Positions 59,663-64,000 of a stretch of 64,000 bases of DNA are shown here, in pieces. Where the stretch lies: positions 10,416,001-10,480,000 of the forward strand of contig NW_027361939.1 of assembly GCF_039654945.1 (NCBI RefSeq), written 5' to 3'. The DNA is from Dendrobates tinctorius. Taxonomy: Eukaryota. Within the stretch, counting starts at the first letter, position 1, and each line of letters opens with the position of its first letter. The notes beneath the pieces were generated by a model that ran no database searches, was not told where the DNA came from, and saw only the letters and a program-made list of their open reading frames with translations. Both the position numbers and the translations under genes were made by a program.

Positions 59663-61417
59663 ATTATTATTATTATGCATTTATATAGCACCATTTATTC
59701 CATGGCGCTTTACATGTGAAAAGGGGAAATATAGACAAATATAATAAACATATGTTAGACAAGGGACACACAAGTACATAAGGAGAGAGGACCCTGCCCG
59801 CGAGGGCTCACAGTCTACAGGGATGGGTGAGGATACAGTAGGAGAGGGTAGAGCAGGTCGTGTGGGGGTTCAGTAGACCGAGGATCAATGCAGGCTGTAG
59901 GCTTGTCGGAACAGGTGGGTCTTCAGGGTCTTCTTGAAGGTTTCCGTGGATGGTGAGAGTCTGATGTGTTGCGGCAGAGAGTTCCAGAGTATGGGGGAAG
60001 CACGGGAGAAGTCTTGTATGCGGTTGTGGGAAGAAGAGATAAGGGGGGAGTAGAGAAGGAGATCTTGAGATGATCGAAGGTTGCGTGCGGGTAGGTACCT
60101 AGAGACAATGTCACAGATGTATGGAGGAGACAGGTTGTGGATGGCTTTGTGTGTCATGGTTAGGGTTTTGAATTGGAGCCTCTGGGCAATAGGAAGCCAG
60201 TGAAGGGCCTGGCATAGGGGCGAGGCTGGGGAGTAGCGGGGAGACAGGTGGATTAGTCGGGCAGCAGAGTGTAGGATGGACTGGAGTGGTGCCAGAGTGC
60301 TAGAGGGGAGGCCAGAGAGTAGGAGGTTGCAGTAATCGAGGCGGGTGATGATAAGAGCGTGCACTAGTGTTTTTGTGGTTGAGGAATGAGCGGATCCGGG
60401 AAATATTTTTGAGTTTGAGGCGGCAGGAGGAGACGAGGGCTTGGATATGTGGTTTGAAAGAGAGCGCAGAGTCGAGGATCACCCCAAGGCACCGAGCGTG
60501 CGGGACTGGGGAAAGAAAGCAGCCATTGACATTTATGGATAGGTCTGGTGGAGGGGTAGAGTGAGATGGGGAAAGATGATAAATTCTGTTTTGTCCATGT
60601 TCAGTTTGAGAAAGCGAGCAGAGATGAAGGCTGACATAGCAGACAGACATTGTGGGATTTCAGTCAGTAAGGAGGCGAGGTTGGGTCCAGATAGGTAGAT
60701 CTGCGTGTCATCGGCATAGAGGTGATACTGCAAACCATAGGATTCTATGAGCTGTCCCAAGCCAAAGGTGTAGATGGAGAATAGTAGGGGTCCTAGGACA
60801 GAGCCTTGCGGAACACCAACAGACAGGGGGCGAGGTGAGGAGGTGGTGTGTGAGAGGGAGACACTAAATGTTCGGTCTGTTAGGTATGATGAGATCCAGG
60901 ATAGGGCCAAGTCTGTGATACCAAGAGATGAGAGAGTCTGTAGCAGGAAGGAATGGTCTACGGTGTCGAAGGCAGAGGACAGGTCCAGGAGAAGGAGGAC
61001 AGAGTAGTGTTGCTTGCTCTTGGCGGTTAGTAAGTCGTTAGTGACTTTAGTTAGGGCAGTTTCAGTTGAGTGATGCTGTCGGAAGCCAGATTGTAACCGG
61101 TCAAAGAGGGAACAGGAGGAGAGGTGGGAGGACAGTTCAAGATATACATGCTGTTCCAGTAGTTTTGAGGCGTAAGGGAGAAGAGATATCGGGCGATAAT
61201 TAGACACAGAGGATGGATCAAGGGGGGGCTTTTTGAGGATGGGTGTGATTAAGGCATGTTTGAAAGATGAGGGAAAGACACCATTTGTAAGTGAAAGGTT
61301 GAAGAGGTGTGTTAGAGATGGGATGAAGACTGTGGCCAAGTTAGGGATGAGGTGAGACGGGAGTGGGTCGAGGGCACAAGTGGTGAGGTGTGATCTTGAC
61401 AGAAGGGTGGAGAGCTG
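59663..61417 (-). mobile_element. L2-clade LINE, 5'-truncated (RT and 3' end), inserted in a MITE in a CIAO1 intron
   Basis: [44 protein letters not shown]; (AAT)n tail at 59663-59675. Confidence 0.93.
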
Positions 61418-63012
61418 ATCTCTAATTACCTGTTTTCTTCGACACCAGTTCAGAGTGGTCACTGACCGCTCCTGCCAATAATTCAGCTGCAGGACCTCAG
61501 TAGAGCAGCTTTCTCTTCTGTGCTGCTCTGTTGATGGGATGTGACTGTCGATGTCAAGCTGACTGACAGCTAGCTCCCGGCAGTTAGGCAGCAGGGAGCC
61601 GGCTGTCAATCCCGTCCCATCAACAGAGCAGAGTGGAAGAGAGGCCGCTGCTCTGTCGACGTGACGTCAGCAGAAGCCACAGAATCGCCAGGAGGAGTGG
61701 TCTGTGACTGCTCTGTTTTGGCTGACACTGGTGCCAGGCAGAACAGGTAGATAGGCAGCAACTACCTGACTGTTAGTTCTTAGGCCCATAGTAAAAAATA
61801 ATGTAGTCCTGGTTTACTCCTTGAAGGCCAAATGCATGTTTCACTGATAAAAATCGTTTGTCTTTCTTTTGGTTCCTTGATGCTTGGGACAGAATAGTGT
61901 CTGTTATCCAGACAAGATGTTCCCCTCGCGCCCCTCTTCCACAACCTGGACTTTCCAACAGGAGTAAAAAATGAGGTTTTGTTATGTTGGAGAGCCACAG
62001 AGGATTTTTGCGTGCGTGCATCAGGTTTTAGGGGGGCATTCAGCCTCATTCTTTCATCCCTGGAACCCCAATCTCATGGATGTCGTATCTGCATTGGTCC
62101 TCACACAGCAAAATTTCCACTTCACTTGAAATTCTATCTCTAAACAAATCACTAATCTATAGGTAGTTCGTCTTGTTAGTACAGATTACAGGCTCTGTTA
62201 TCATAATTGCAACACCAAGAAGGAAAAGTCAGGGAATGATGGATAGACATGTAAGTGATGGAAACGACATTTGCAAAACCTTTTCATTTATTCGGTATGG
62301 AGCAGAAATCCCCTCACTTACATGTCTTGGCTGCTATCAATGAGGGCAGTCTGAGGAAGGTTCTGCCTCACTGAATGCACATGGGCAAATCATCAAGATT
62401 CACTGCTGGCAGCTTCCTCTGCAACTGCTGACCAATGACGTCCCTGAAGTGCTCAGGGGACAAGTCTGTACATGCTGTAGGCCATCATAGCACATTTAGG
62501 CTAACCACAGTATCATGAGCAACATGCAGTCTGGGGTTGTTGTGGTGAAAAATGGCTCGTGAGACACAGTAGAGAAATGGTCGTACCACGTTTATCGACG
62601 TCTAGCAGAGAACACAGGAGCGCAATTTCACTTCACTTCTTTCTCAAAAATATGGCAAACGTTCTCCAGCGACCTTTCGTTGTCATCAAAAGCCCATCCT
62701 AGCTGCTCCTCCACAGACTCGCTTCTCGTGCTCTCTGGTGTTGTGCCCGCTGCTCGCTGGAAGGTAAATCTGCGGTTTGCCCCACCGAGTGATACTGTGA
62801 GTGGCGCTCAGTTTAGGACAATCTCTTTACTGCATCGCTGTAAATGACACACTTTTTCCAGCTTTATGATTTTTTGATAAATGAACCTTCAGTGCAATCG
62901 TGTCACGCTGCCCATGATATCGGTAAATGGGTGACGACTTGGGTACCGTTATTCTCCTTTCCACTACATACACATGTAAGTGAATCCTTCTTGTATTTTC
63001 TGTTTCCTGCAG

Positions 63013-63101
63013 TTGATGAAGAGGAGGAATATGAGTGTGTCAGTGTTCTGAACTCGCACACACAGGACGTGAAGCACGTAGTGTGGCATCCTAACCAAGA
63101 G
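63013..63101 (+). CDS. CIAO1: CIAO1 coding exon 4
   Basis: [30 protein letters not shown]; 89 nt; GAG|GTGAG. Confidence 0.97.
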
Positions 63102-63579
63102 GTGAGAGGCGTGGACGTGGCTGGGCGGGTTCTTACACAAGTATGTTCTGTAGCTGGGGGTACATTGTACTCACCAAGAAAAGCATGGCATGCAATGTAT
63201 AAAGGGCTGTTCTGCTTATAAGAACTTTTCTCCTTTTGGATTGGAGGGGATTTGAAAGCTGAGACCCCCATTGCTTGCCCAAACGGAGCACTTTTGCTCC
63301 CATCTGAATGGAACTGCGGTGCGATGGTCATCTGACGCTTTTTCTATTCGACTGATGGAGAAAGCTAAGCGCCGTATTCTGCTTTCGCCAACAGTCCCAT
63401 AGACAATTAATGGAGTGGGGATTGAGCATGAGCACTGATGCTCCAGTAGGCAATTAAGTGGTCCCATTCTGACAGCTGGGGGGGAGTCTCAAGTCTCAGT
63501 GGTTGGACTCCCATTGATCTTGAAGGTGATAACGTCTTGTAACTGGAATAATTTCTCTTAAGTTGCCTCTTATGCATAG

Positions 63580-63781
63580 TTATTAGCGTCAGCCAGCTAC
63601 GATGACTCTGTGAAGTTGTACCATGAAGAAGAGGATGACTGGGTGTGCTGTGCCACTCTGGAGGGCCACACGTCCACGGTTTGGAGTTTATCTTTTGACC
63701 AAAGTGGGGAGCAGCTGGCCACCTGCAGTGATGATAGGACCGTGCGGATCTGGAGACATATAAGGTCCGAGGAAGAGCAAG
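63580..63781 (+). CDS. CIAO1: CIAO1 coding exon 5 (last exon beyond window)
   Basis: LLASASYDDSVKLYHEEEDDWVCCATLEGHTSTVWSLSFDQSGEQLATCSDDRTVRIWR; TAG acceptor, G|GTAATG donor; 202 nt. Confidence 0.96.
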
Positions 63782-64000
63782 GTAATGGAACTCAACTGTA
63801 TAGGGAACATTAATGGTGGATCTACAAGAAAATCCATTGTTGTAGAGCAGCTGTCATTGGGGAGATACTTTTCTACAACTTCTCAGAGTACAAAAGGTGG
63901 ATGTGAAAAAGCTGGGTGCTCCAAATTTTGATATCGGTGTGCTATAGTTTTTTTGTGCCAACTATTGGCCAAAAATTAATCTGAGAAAATGTCTCAACTT

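Overview
Vertebrate genomic DNA, most likely an anuran (frog), inferred from the repeat families. It carries the conserved STARD7 (-) / TMEM127 (-) / CIAO1 (+) block. STARD7 coding exons 1-5 lie at 9028-3314 and the gene continues off the left edge. TMEM127 has a complete 237-codon CDS in three exons (48727-44786). CIAO1 has five coding exons (56216-63781), with the last exon off the right edge. TMEM127 and CIAO1 are head-to-head around a short bidirectional promoter near 52.7-53.2 kb. All exon boundaries are GT-AG and phase-consistent. The 13-37.5 kb intergenic region is a deep transposon nest. One DIRS element is inserted into the RT of another DIRS, and the junction T-count matches integration of a circular intermediate. 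The nest also holds L2 LINEs (one with a 2A-like peptide), a CR1 tail, a solo LTR that begins with an antisense tRNA-like Pol III promoter, Tc1 copies, a hAT element whose 8-bp TSD brackets an assembly gap, MITEs and minisatellites. The most unusual items are Penelope-type hammerhead ribozyme motifs (one in a 313-bp palindrome in a TMEM127 intron), the tRNA-headed LTR, and a possible hydrophobic N-terminal extension of TMEM127. Most ORFs in the supplied track are spurious. All comparisons to human proteins and TE families are from memory, not database searches.
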